Below are positions 20,001 to 31,900 of a DNA stretch of 64,000 nucleotides, in pieces. The notes beneath the pieces are model-generated. The model had not been told where the DNA came from, did not search any database, and worked only from the letters and a program-made list of their open reading frames with translations. Origin of the DNA: Euglena gracilis. Its lineage: Eukaryota. Positions within the stretch are counted from its first letter, which is position 1, and each line of letters begins with the position of its first letter. Location: NCBI GenBank assembly GCA_039621445.1, contig CP154954.1, positions 24,068,954 to 24,132,953 of the forward strand, written 5' to 3'. A program made the position numbers and the translations under genes.

Positions 20001-23000
20001 TCCACGATCGGCTTGTGAACTTCGCTTTGACATGACACATGTTTGACATGAACCCAAAACATTCCGAAACAAACCGAACAAATCCTTTCTTGAGAGGGAC
20101 GAATGGAAATTTTGGAGAAATGACCAAGGCGTACGTTCGGGACCGGGATGACCATGAGCTCGATGTAACCACGATGAAACTTGAGGGAGACTTTCCTTGG
20201 GGGATGGCCAATTTTCGCTCACAAAAAAGTTTGTCTTTGGCCTTGAACCACAAACAATCATCCATGACTTGAGCTTTCCATGGTTCCAATTTTTCCCAAA
20301 CCTCGGCAAAATCACTCGATGGGTAATCCAATGGAAAATTGAAGTCTTTCATCTCAAACGACAAAACTTGCAAAGAAAGATCCAATTGGGAGTCCATCTT
20401 TTCGAATGTAACTTTTGCCAAATTTTCGAATTCAACATTGAACTTTTGGTCAAAATGACTCCTTGACAACCAATCACAGCACTCATTCTTCATTCCGGGT
20501 GTATGCACAATCTTGATCTTGAATTGACCCAAAAAGCAAAACCAACGTCTCAATCTTCGATTCACGGGGGGTTCTTTGTCCAAGAAATTCTTGAGGGCCT
20601 CATGATCACAAAACCAAACAACCGGCAAACCTTGCAAAATTCGACTTTGCGTTGAAAAAATTAGCACACCGGCCAAAAGTTCTTGTTCAAAGGTGGAATA
20701 CCGGGATCTTGTGGGGCACCATTTCCAATTCCAATGCCCGATGGGTACCAACCGAAATTCATTTGGGTAATTGTGAATGAGCACACCTTCCTTGGACATA
20801 CCTTGGGTTGTGAATCCTTGAGGGACTTGAGAGGGGTCCAACGATTGCCATTGAAAAATCGTTCCACCTCCCCCCCGGTCGGAGGCATCAGTAATGACAA
20901 CCATTTCTACACACGACCGTGGTACCCCAAGGGGCACCGCATCCAAAAGTTTTTGCTTGATGTCCTGGATGAGCTTTTCTTCTTTTTGGGTCCAAACAAA
21001 CCTTGCACTTTTCTTGAGAAGATCGGTCAAGTCCGCACTTGAGAATGTGAATGCTTTCACATGGCGACGAAAAAAGTTGCAAGCTCCCAAAAAAGCACGG
21101 AGATCTTTCAAACTTTTCACTTTGAAATCCACCAAAGCTTGAATATTTTTCTCACTTGGCCTCCATGATCCCCATTGAACCGAAAAACCAAGGTACTCAA
21201 GGCTTTCTTTTCAAAATTGTGCTTTTTCACCACTTTGAAAAGTTCCTCCAACAAAACAAATGTTCGGGGTGGTCGATGCTCCCACCCTGACATCATCGAA
21301 AAATGCTCCCACAAAACATTTCCTTTGGCCATTTTTCGGTTCCAACAAATTTGCAACCTTTGGATTTTCCTTCATTTCCGAAATCACCCTTTCCATGAGT
21401 TCTTGAAAAATTGCGGGTGCGGCTTGAATTCTAAATGGCATGCAATTCCATTGCCACACTTGACCATTCGGGGTGACAAATGCGGTGAGTTCTTTTGCCC
21501 TTTCACTCAAACCAACTTGCCAAAACCCACTTCTTAGGTCGAGTTTTGATTTCTATCGACATTGGGCTAAATTTTCGACCATTTGTTCCATGTTTGGTAA
21601 AAATGCCGAACGACTTTTCACATGGTCCTTGACCTTTTTGTATTGGCCCACCATCCTTTTCGATTGGCTTTCCTTCTTTTCCACCAAAAATGTTGGAGAA
21701 CAATGGGTTGGGGTCTTTCCTTTGGGGTAGCTCTCCACCAACCCACTTTCCACCAATTCATTCACTTGTTTGTGAATTTCCATGGAATCCTTTTCGCTCA
21801 TTGGCCAACATTTGCCACGGATCACCCTCCCCTTGAACTCATCCTTGAGTTCCAAATCACATTGGACGAGTTGACAACCCATGCCGGGGATCGGGAGAGG
21901 ACCAAAAATTTCCATGTACTTTTCAAGGAGCACTTTTATTTGGGGTTACTTTCAAAACGGGCTAGGTCACCTTGCAAATCACCATGAAGATTCTCGGTTT
22001 CCTTGTCAAACAAACCATCTTTTTGTGGAACGGGAATTTGTTGCAAAAGACTTTCACACACCTTGGACAATTCTCCATCCGAAACGGTGAAGGGGGAAGA
22101 GGGGGTATCTCGGACTTCCATACCATCGGCTCCATTGAACTCCAATTCTTCATTGCTTGAAACCATGGTTGATAATGGTTGGTAGTCCTTCTCCGTGAAG
22201 CTCAAGTCAACTTCAATTGATAATTCGGCTCCAAGTTCGGTGACACTTGAGAATTTCTCCACCTGAAAAAGTGAATCATGGGGAAAAGATGAGATTGGTG
22301 AAACAGGGGAGACAACGGGATTTCATCAACATCCACTTGAATCTCCCTTTCCATGCCCTCCACACTCACTTTAGGGTACTTTTTGATTTCATTCACCAAA
22401 TGCTCCAAATCCCATTTCCGACATTTCCTCAAAATCCATTTGACGATATTGGGGTCCAACTCCGAAATCGGGATGCTTTTCGACTTGGAATCCAAAACCG
22501 AAACAATTGTATTCCATTGAGGGGCTGGCAATGCTTTTTCTTGAAAATCGGAACGGTACGTTTCCATGCCCTTGGGGACTTGAACTTGGGCAAAGGAAAG
22601 CTTTTCCAAAATTTGTCTCCAATAACAATCTCCCCAATCCGGGCAAACCAAAACCATCCGGAGAGGTTCCATGGCCACCTTGGTCAAAACTCGGTCGAGG
22701 ACCGAGAAAGGGGGATTCGCCCACAAAATGGAACTTTCCTTTTCTCCAATCCGACTCCGATCGTAGATAACTGAGTTGTTCGCCCGGGTACAATACCGAG
22801 CCTCTTGGAAGTTTCTGTGGTTTGCGAATAGGTCCACCTCGATGTCAAAATCGTTGATTTCCAAACAAAAAAGAACTTCTTTTTTGACATTGGGGACAAG
22901 TGTGTAACTTTCCCTTTTGAAGAGTCGGTAAATCCGATGAATCCTTGAACCATCATTTTCCATCAAAGGATACTTTTTTCCTTCCACGAGCAACTTGCAA

Positions 23001-25189
23001 GGGGGGGGTTGTGTCAAAAGACCACCAACTTTTTCATTGGTCAAAAAATCCATGCCTAAAACGGCTTCAAAGGCATTTGTTTGGATGACCAACGCCTCTT
23101 GCTTCAAAATGCTCTCCCCAAATTGGAGAGTGAGCTCGGCTGTCCCATCCGAAAAAATCACATCTCCATTTCCAACTTGGATGGGGACAACCATTGATCT
23201 GATGATTGCACCTGGTGGAACACGTTTCCGGGCAATGGCACGTGTCGTTGCACCACTGTCGATGATGGCCTTGAGGGATGTCCCATTGAAGGTCACATTG
23301 GTGATGAGGGATGTACCTTTCAAGATGTGTAGTGTGTCAATTTTCCTCTTTTTGGCTGAATCGGGTTGTTGTGTGGGGGTTTGTGAGGATGGGGGTGAAC
23401 TTTTCTCCTTTTCTTTGGCTTTTCTTTCCTCCTTTTGTTTTGTCCAACATTTGTCCTCATAATGACCTTTCTTTCCACAAAACTTGCACCAAAGAGAAAC
23501 AGACAACTGAGGTTGGTTGGGCTTACTTTGCACACCTTGCACATGGGAAAAACCCTTGCCTTTGCCCTTGCCTTTGGCAGGACCACTTCCTTTGCCCTTG
23601 GAGAAAACTCCTTTGCCTTTTCCTTTGCCTTGAACCTGGGAAAACCCTGAAGGCTTGGAAGATGAAGAAACCTGGGAATCAACCATGGGCAAGTCTCCTT
23701 GGGATTTTTGTGGCTGGGGTGTTTCCTGGAGAGTATGCAGCGAAATTTTCTTTTGAAGATGACGTTCCAACCAATGTTCTTGGGCCTTTTCCAGCAAGCA
23801 AACTTTCAAGTCCTCATAAGTTTCTGTCCTCCTTTCGTAGTACCTGTCTTGTCTCAACTCAGAAAACATCTTGGGGTGAATTTTCTTGGAGAGGTATAGG
23901 TACTTTTCCTGGTCTCCCAAAGCTCCCTTTGACATTCTGGCTGTCACCTCCTCAAACTCAACCAACAACAATTTCACTGTGGCTGGGTCGGGGTGGCTGA
24001 AAGGGACTGGAGATGGTCAAGGGATTCCCGAAGCGTAAGGTCGTTCTCGAGCTTCGGAAACAGTTGGGACAATGCCAAAAGCACTTTGTCAAGTTGGGGC
24101 TGCTCCTCAACAACCTTTTCAACAACCTTTCTGTACTTGGGAACAACACATTGGATGAGCCAATCCAACTGGAAAGCTTCTGGGGCACTTTTCACACCGG
24201 AAAGACACAACAAAGGTTCAAACTCTTTCAAAAAAGGCTTCAAGGTCCGAACCATCAAACGGAGGCAACGGGACAGGAGGGAGTTTGGCTGTCACAGAAC
24301 TTTCTTTCAACTCCAAGCTACCCTTGAACTTCTCAATCCTCTTCTCCCAAAAAGAGTGGGGTGTGAACGGGGAAACGAGAGGGGTTGACGAGTCCTTGGA
24401 CTCATGGCCGAAGACTCTGAGCTCGAGGTCCTTCAGCTTCTCCTCGATGTCATGTAGAGTGGACTGATGCTCAGGCTCTTGTTCAGGCGGTGGTGACTCA
24501 GTCATGGCGGTGCGCTCACAGGCTCACGCTATGGCTTTTCACACTTGAGAGGGTTCTCTTTATTTGTCTGTCCCCGGGGGTGGGCTTTGTCCGGCTGGCC
24601 TTAGTAAAAAGCTTTGACTGGGGGCCAACCACAAAGGAGTGGGTCAGACCGGGTCCAGTCATTTGGTCAGAGGGAAGGTCAGAGCGGCTCCTCGGCGGCT
24701 CACTTCTCCTCTTGTTGGTCTCAGCGGTGTCGCTCCTCCGACGGCTTCCGAAAACACTCTCTGCTACCAATTGTAAAGCTTTCAGTCCTTTTTGCTTGGA
24801 CTTAGCTTGTGTAGGATCCTTCTTTTCGAACTCTCCTCTCCGTCGACCTTTTTCCAAATCCTCCTTCGGTCGCTTTCACCAAAGCACTTCAGGAAGCATA
24901 AATCATTGTATGACAAAGCACTAAGACCGGCCCGTGCAGAAAGGTAAGACATATATACACCAAAAGGTCCGACACATCACAGTAGGAATGTTGCTGGGTA
25001 TGGTTGGGCGGTTGGTGGGGGGGGCGTTGGGGAAGACTCCTTTGTGGAAGGCCCCCCCCCATGAAGGACACATGGGCCAATTGTGAAGTCAGGTTCTTGC
25101 ACCTTTCTTTTATGAGCAAAGGGGGTCACTTTCATCCACTGCCCAGGGAGGTCAGGTGGGGGGGGAAGGTAGCCAAAGCCACCTTTTCA
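17006..25189 (-). mobile_element. Gypsy-Dam-chromodomain element, copy 2, inserted in the DIRS right ITR
   Basis: LTRs 24772-25189 (5') and 17006-17422 (3'); TSD CAAAA (17001-17005 / 25190-25194); PBS 24759-24769. Confidence 0.97.
18118..24505 (-). pseudogene. Gypsy copy 2 polyprotein (multiple frameshifts and small deletions)
   Basis: Same domain series. ORF 22202-23977 runs uninterrupted from gag through CCHC and protease into the NPPF MTase (22706-22717). The chromodomain STWEP lies in ORF 18118-18717. Confidence 0.92.
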
Positions 25190-25194
25190 CAAAA

Positions 25195-25284
25195 CAGCCG
25201 GCACACAAAGCAGGATCTCACCCCCCTCTTGTGCTCCGCCCTCATGGTCATTTCCTCCCTGGTCATTCTTCCCGGGAGTACTCA
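25195..25284 (-). repeat. DIRS right ITR, outer part plus right extension
   Basis: cagccggcacacaaagcaggatctcacccc is the inverse of ~4132-4161; the remainder is the inverse of the ICR. Confidence 0.9.
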
Positions 25285-25287
25285 ACC

Positions 25288-25930
25288 GGGCCCTGACTGG
25301 ACTTCACCACGGCCTAGGCCAACTGGGCTGTTCTTTGAACTTCACGAAGACCACGGTCTGGGGTCCCGAGACACGGCACATACCTTCCCTCCCCGAGGAT
25401 TCGGTGCTACGGCAGGCATCCATCATCCCGTATACGCCAGACTCCGGCGTCTCGGTCCTGGGTGTCCCAGTTCACCACCCGGCTTCTCGCGCCTTTGTTC
25501 GGCAGCAATTGGACAGTTGCATCTCCAAGAATGAACAGGCGTGCACCTTGCTGGGCTCGGTACGCGACCCGCAGGTGCAGCTGTCCTTGCTTCGCTTCTG
25601 CTTCGACGCGTGCAAGTTCAGCTCGCTGCTTCGTTGCTTCGCTGCTCACTGCGTTCCGTTCACAGACCTCCTGTCCCGCGCCGACAGCTGTCTCCGGTCC
25701 ACCTTACAACAGATCCTGGATTGCTCGGTATCGGACACTCAATGGGCCCAGGCTTCCCTCCCCCTACACCAGGGCGTGTTCGGCATACGGTTATCTGCCG
25801 ACAATGTGCTGCCTGCCCGCCTGAGTGCCCTGCTGTCTTGGATTACCTCTGCACCAACCTCCCTGGGTTTGGGCAACATCTCGCGGGCCCCGCTTGATGG
25901 CCTGTCAGAGCTTCTGTCCGGTTTACAAAC
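25288..25930 (+). pseudogene. CRE-1 ORF part 3: RT thumb region
   Basis: LNFTKTTVWGP, GVSVLGVPV, LSLLRFC, QWAQASLPLHQGVFGIR; colinear with CRE-2 ORF 37167-38708. Confidence 0.9.
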
Positions 25931-28900
25931 TGAAAAGGTGGCGTTGGCTACCTTCCCCCCCCCCTGACCTCCCTGGGCAGTGGATGAAAGAGACCCCCTT
26001 TGCTCATAAAAGAAAGGTGCAAGAACCTGACTTCAGAATTGGCCCATGTGTCCTTCATGGGGGGGGCCTTCCACAAAGGAGTCTTCCCCAACGCCCCCCC
26101 CAAACCGCCCAACCACATTCTCTACTGATTCTTACTGTGACGTTCCTGACTTTTTGGTGTGCATGTGTCTCACCTTTCTGCACAGGCTCGCCTTGGCGCT
26201 TTGTCAAACAATGTGTTTTATGCTTGTAGATTGGAAGTAAAAGTGCCACGAAGGAGGATTTGGAAAAAGGTCGAGAGAGAGGAGAGTTCAAAAAAAAGAA
26301 GGATTCTACGCAAGCTTATTCCAAGAAGAAGGACAAAAAGCTTTACAATTGGTAGCAGAGAGGTATCATCTACCTCGACTTGCTGTCCTATCCTACCCGT
26401 GGTCGCCGTCGTCGGAAGTCGTCGGAGAAGCGACACCGCCGAGAGCAACAAGAGGAGAAGAGAGCCTCCGAGGAGCCGCTCTGACCTTCCCTCTGACCGC
26501 CTGACTGGACCCTGCCTGACCCACTCCTTTGTGGTCGGCCCCCAGTCAAAGCTTTTTACTAAGGCCAGCCGGACAAAGCCCACCCCCGGGGAGAGACAAA
26601 GAAAGAGAACCCTCTCAAGTGTGAAAAGCCATAGCGTGAGCCTGTGAGCCCACCGCCATGACTGAGTCACCACCGCCTGAACAAGAGCCTGAGCATCAGT
26701 CCACTCTACAGGACATCGAGGAGAAGCTGAAGGACCTCGAGCTCAGAGTCTTCGGCCACGAGTCCAAGGACTCGTCAACCCCTCTCGTTTCCCCGTTCAC
26801 ACCCCACTCTTTTTGGGAGAAGAGGATTGAGAAGTTCAAGGGTAGCTTGGAGTTGAAAGAAAGTTCTGTGACAGCCAAACTCCCTCCTATCCCGTTGCCT
26901 TCGTTTGATGGTTCGGACCTTGAAGCCTTTTTGAAAGAGTTTGAACGTTGGTTGCGTCTTTCCGGTGTGAAAAGTGCCCCAGAAGCTTTCCAGTTGGATT
27001 GGCTCATCCAATGTGTTGTTCCCAAGTACAGAAAGGTTGTTGAAAAGGTTGTTGAGGAGCAGCCCCAGCTTGACAAAGTGCTTTTGGCATTGTCCCAACT
27101 GTTTCCGAAGCTCGAGAACGACCTTACGCTTCGGGAATCCCTTGACCATCTCCAGTCCCTTTCAGCCACCCCAGACCCAGCCACAGTGAAAAGGTTGTTG
27201 GTTGAGTTTGAGGAGGTGACAGCCAGAATGTCAAAGGGAGCTTTGGGAGACCAGGAAAGGTACCTATACCTCTCCAAGAAAATTCACCCCAAGATGTTTT
27301 CTGAGTTGAGACAAGACAGGTACTACAAAAGGAGGACAGAAACTTATGAGGACTTGAAAGTTTGCTTGCTGGAAAAGGCCCAAGAAGATTGGTTGGAACG
27401 TCATCTTCAAAAGAAAATTTCGCTGCATACTCTCCAGGAAACACCCCAGCCACAAAAATCCCAAGGAGACTTGCCCATGGTTGATTCCCAGGTTTCTTCA
27501 TCTTCCAAGCCTTCAGGGTTTTCCCAGGTGCAAGGCAAAGGAAAAGGCAAAGGAGTTTACCCCAAAGGCAAAGGAAGTGGTCCTGCCAAAGGCAAGGGCA
27601 AAGGCAAGGGTTTTTCCCATGTGCAAGGTGTGCAAAGTCAGCCCAACCAACGTGGACCCCCTCAGTTGTCTGTTTCTCTTTGGTGCAAGTTTTGTGGAAA
27701 GAAAGGTCATTATGAGGACAAATGTTGGACAAAACAAAAGGAGGAAAGAAAAGCCAAATAAAAGGAGAAAAGTTCACCCCCATCCTCACAAACCCCCACA
27801 CAACAACCCGATTCAGCCAAAAAGAGGAAAATTGACACACTCCACATCTTGAAAGGTACATCCCTCATCACCAATGTGACCATCAATGGGACATCCCTCA
27901 AGGCCATCATCGACAGTGGTGCAACAACAAGTGCCATTGCCCGGAAATGTGTTCCACCAGGTGCAATCATCAGATCGATGGTTGTCCCCATCCAAGTTGG
28001 AAATGGTGATGTGATTTTTTCGGATGGGATAGCCGAGCTCACTCTCCAATTTGGGGAGAGCATTTTGAAGCAAGAGGCGTTGGTCATCCAAACAAATGCC
28101 TTTGAAGCCGTTTTAGGCATGGATGTTTTGACCAATGAAAAAGTGGGTGGTCTTTTGACACAACCCCCCCCTTGCAAGTTGCTCGTGGAAGGAAAAAAGT
28201 ATCCTTTGATGGAAAATGATGGTTCAAGGATTCATCGGATTTACCGACACTTCAAAAGGGAAAGTTACACACTTGTCCCCAATGTCAAAAAGGAAGTTCT
28301 TTCTCGTTTGGAAATGAACGATTTTGACATCGAGGTGGACCTATTCTCAAACCACAGGAATTTCCAAGAGGCTCGGTATTGTACGCGGGCGAACAACTCA
28401 GTTATCTACGATTGGAGTCGGATTGGAGAAAAGGAAAGTTCCATTTTGTGGGCGAATCCTCCTTTCTCGGTCCTCGACCGAGTTTTGACCAAGGTGGCCA
28501 TGGAACCTCTCCGGATGGTTTTAGTTTGCCCGGATTGGGGAGATTTTTATTGGATACAAATTTTGGAAAAGCTTTCCATTGCTCAAGTTCAAGTCCCCAA
28601 TGGCATGGAAACGTACCGTTCCGATTTTCAAGAAAAAGCATTGCCAGCCCCACAATGGAATACAATTGTTTCAGTTTTGGATTCCAAGTCGAAAAGCATC
28701 CCGATTTCGGAGTTGGACCCCAAGATCGTGAAATGGATTTTGAGAAAATGTCGGAAATGGGATTTGGAGCATTTGGTGAATGAACTCAAAAAGTACCCCA
28801 AAGTGAGTGTTGAGGGCATGGAAAGGGAGATTCAAGTGGATGTTGATGAAATCCCATTGTCTCCCCCCGTTTCACCCATCTCATCCTTGCCCCATGACTC

Positions 28901-31900
28901 TCTTTTTCAGATGGAGAAAAATACAAGTGTCATCGAAGTGGGTGCGGAATTATCAATCGAAGTGGATTTGAGCTTCACCGAGTAGGACCACAAGCCAGCA
29001 ACAATGGTGTCAAATATTGAAGAATTGGAGTTCAATGGAGCCGATGGTATGGAAGTCCGAGGTACCCCCTCTTCCCCCTTCACCGTTTCGGATGGAGAAT
29101 TGTCCAAGGTGTGTGAAAAGCTTTTGCAACAAATTCCCGTCCCACAAAAAGATGGTTTGTTTGACAAGGAAACCGAGAATTTGCATGGTGATTTGCAAGG
29201 TGATCTTGCCCGTTTTGAAAAGGAACCCCAATTGAAAGTGCTCCTTGAAAAGTACATGGAAATTTTTGGTCTTCTCCCAAGTACCGGCATGGGTTGTCAA
29301 CTCGTCCAATGTGATTTGAAACTCAAGGATGAGTTCAAGGGGAGGGTGATCCGTGGCAAATGTTGGCCAATGAGCGAAAAGGATTCCATGGAAATTCACA
29401 AACAAGTGAATGAATTGGTGGAAAGTGGGTTGGTGGAGAGCTACCCCAAAGGAAAGACCCCAACCCATTGTTCTCCAACATTTTTGGTGGAAAAGAAGGA
29501 AAGCCAATCGAAAAGGATGGTGGGCCAATACAAAAAGGTCAAGGACCATGTGAAAAGTCGTTCGGCATTTTTACCAAACATGGAACAAATGGTCGAAAAT
29601 TTAGCCCAATGTCGATAGAAATCAAAACTCGACCTAAGAAGTGGGTTTTGGCAAGTTGGTTTGAGTGAAAGGGCAAAAAAACTCACCGCATTTGTCACCC
29701 CGAATGGTCAAGTGTGGCAATGGAATTGCATGCCATTTAGAATTCAAGCCGCACCCACAATTTTTCAAGAACTCATGGAAAGGGTGATTTCGGAAATGAA
29801 GGAAAATCCAAAGGTTGCAAATTTGTTGGAACCGAAAAATGGCCAAAGGAAATGTTTTGTGGGAGCATTTTTCGATGATGTCGGGGTGGGAGCATCGACC
29901 ATCCCCGAACATTTGTTTTTGTTGGAGGAACTTTTCAAAGTGGTGAAAAAGAACAAGCTCCGAATAAAGTTGACCAAGTGTGACTTTTTGAAAGAAAGCA
30001 TTGAGTACCTTGGTTTTTCGGTTCAATGGGCATCATGGAGGCCAAGTGAGAAAAATATTCAAGCTTTGGTGGATTTCAAAGTGAAACGTTTGAAAGATCT
30101 CCGTGCTTTTTTGGGAGCTTGCAACTTTTTTCGTCGCCATGTGAAAGCATTCACATTTTCAAGTGCGGACTTGACCGATCTTCTCAAGAAAAATGCAAGA
30201 TTTGTTTTGACCCAAAAAGAAGAAAAGCTCATCCAGGACATCAAGCAAAAACTTTTGGATGCGGTGCCCCTTGGGGTACCACGGTCGTGTGGAGAAATGG
30301 TTGTCATTACTGATGCCTCCGACCGGGGGGGAGGTGGAACGATTTTTCAATGGCAATCGTTGGACCCCTCTCAAGTCCCTCAAGGATTCACAACCCAAGG
30401 TATGTCCAAGGAAGGTGTGCTCATTCACAATTACCCAAATGAATTTCGGTTGGTACCCATCGGGCATTGGAATTGGAAATGGTGCCCCACAAGATCCCGG
30501 TATTCCACCTTTGAACAAGAACTTTTGGCCGGTGTGCTAATGTTTTCAACGCAAAGTCGAATTTTGCAAGGTTTGCCGGTTGTTTGGTTTTGTGATCATG
30601 AGGCCCTCAAGAATTTCCTGGACAAAGAACCCCCCGTGAATCAAAGATTGAGACGTTGGTTTTGTTTTTTGGGTCAATTCATGATCAAGATTGTGCATAA
30701 AAAAAAAAAAAAAAATGAGTGGTGTGATTGGTTGTCAAGGAGTCATTTTGACCAAAAGTTCAATGTTGAATTCGAAAATTTGGCAAAAGTTACATTCGAA
30801 AAGATGGACTCCCAATTGGATCTTTCTTTGCAAGTTTTGTCGTTTGAGATGAAAGATTTCAATTTTCCATTGGATTACCCATCGAGTGATTTTGCCGAGA
30901 TTTGGGAAAAATTGGAACCATGGAAAGCTCAAGTCATCGATGATTGTTTGTGGTTCAAGGCCAAAGACAAACTTTTTTGTGAGCGAAAATTGGCCATCCC
31001 CAAGGAAAGTCTTCCCCAAGCGTCATCGTGGCTTCATCGAGCTCATGGTCATCCCGGTCCCGAGCGGACGCTTTGGTCATTTCTCCAAAATTTCCATTCA
31101 TCCCTCTCAAGAAAGGATTTGTTCGGTTTGTTTCGGAATGTTTTGGGTTCGTGTGAAACATGTGTCATGTCAAAGCCAAGTTCACAATCCGATCGTGGAC
31201 TTTTGGGTTGTTTGCCAATTCCTCCCCTTTGCAACGACATCATTTTTCTCGATTTTGTCGCCCTTGATGAATTCAATTCTTTTGATTACGCTTTGGGCAT
31301 TGTGGATGGTTTGAGTCGGTTTTGTTTGTACCTCCCATGCCACAAAGAAGTGACGGGTGAAAAAGTCTTGAAGATGATTTTGAAAGAATGGGTGGAAAAA
31401 TTTGGTCGCCCCAACGAAGTTTTGAGTGATAATGACATTCGCTTCAAGTCAAGTTCCGGTTTTTACCAAGAGGCCATGAAATCACTCGGAATCAAGGTTT
31501 CGTTCTCTCTTCCGAGGCATCCTTCATCAAATGGTTTGATGGAAAGAGAAACTCGTTCGTTTGTGCAAACATTGAGATGTCTTGTGCACGAAACGGGTAC
31601 AAAAGATTGGCCAAAGTTGCTTCCGTACGTCAATTTTCTGATGAACAGCCAGATTTCAAGTTCGACGGGAATGTCTCCATCGGAACTTTTCCTCGGTCGA
31701 TCTCCATGGAAATTCGAAAGTGTTGGAGAACCGTGTGAAAGCCCATCTGTCGAAAATTGGATTTTGGAACAGATTTTGATTCAAGAAAAGGCAAGTTTGA
31801 GGCTGAAACATCTCAGAAGTTTGGCGATGGAGCGGAAAAACAAGGTTCGAAAACCTGCCGTTTATGAAATTGGTCAATTTGTCCTCGTCCACAAGTCTCG

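Larger units (their letters stand above)
4108..25284 (+). mobile_element. DIRS1-type tyrosine-recombinase retrotransposon, ~4.7 kb net, interrupted by Gypsy copies 1 and 2
   Basis: ORF1, RT-RH-MT and YR coding regions; left ITR, right ITR with extension, and an internal complementary region. ACC is present at both junctions (4108-4110, 25285-25287). Confidence 0.92.
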
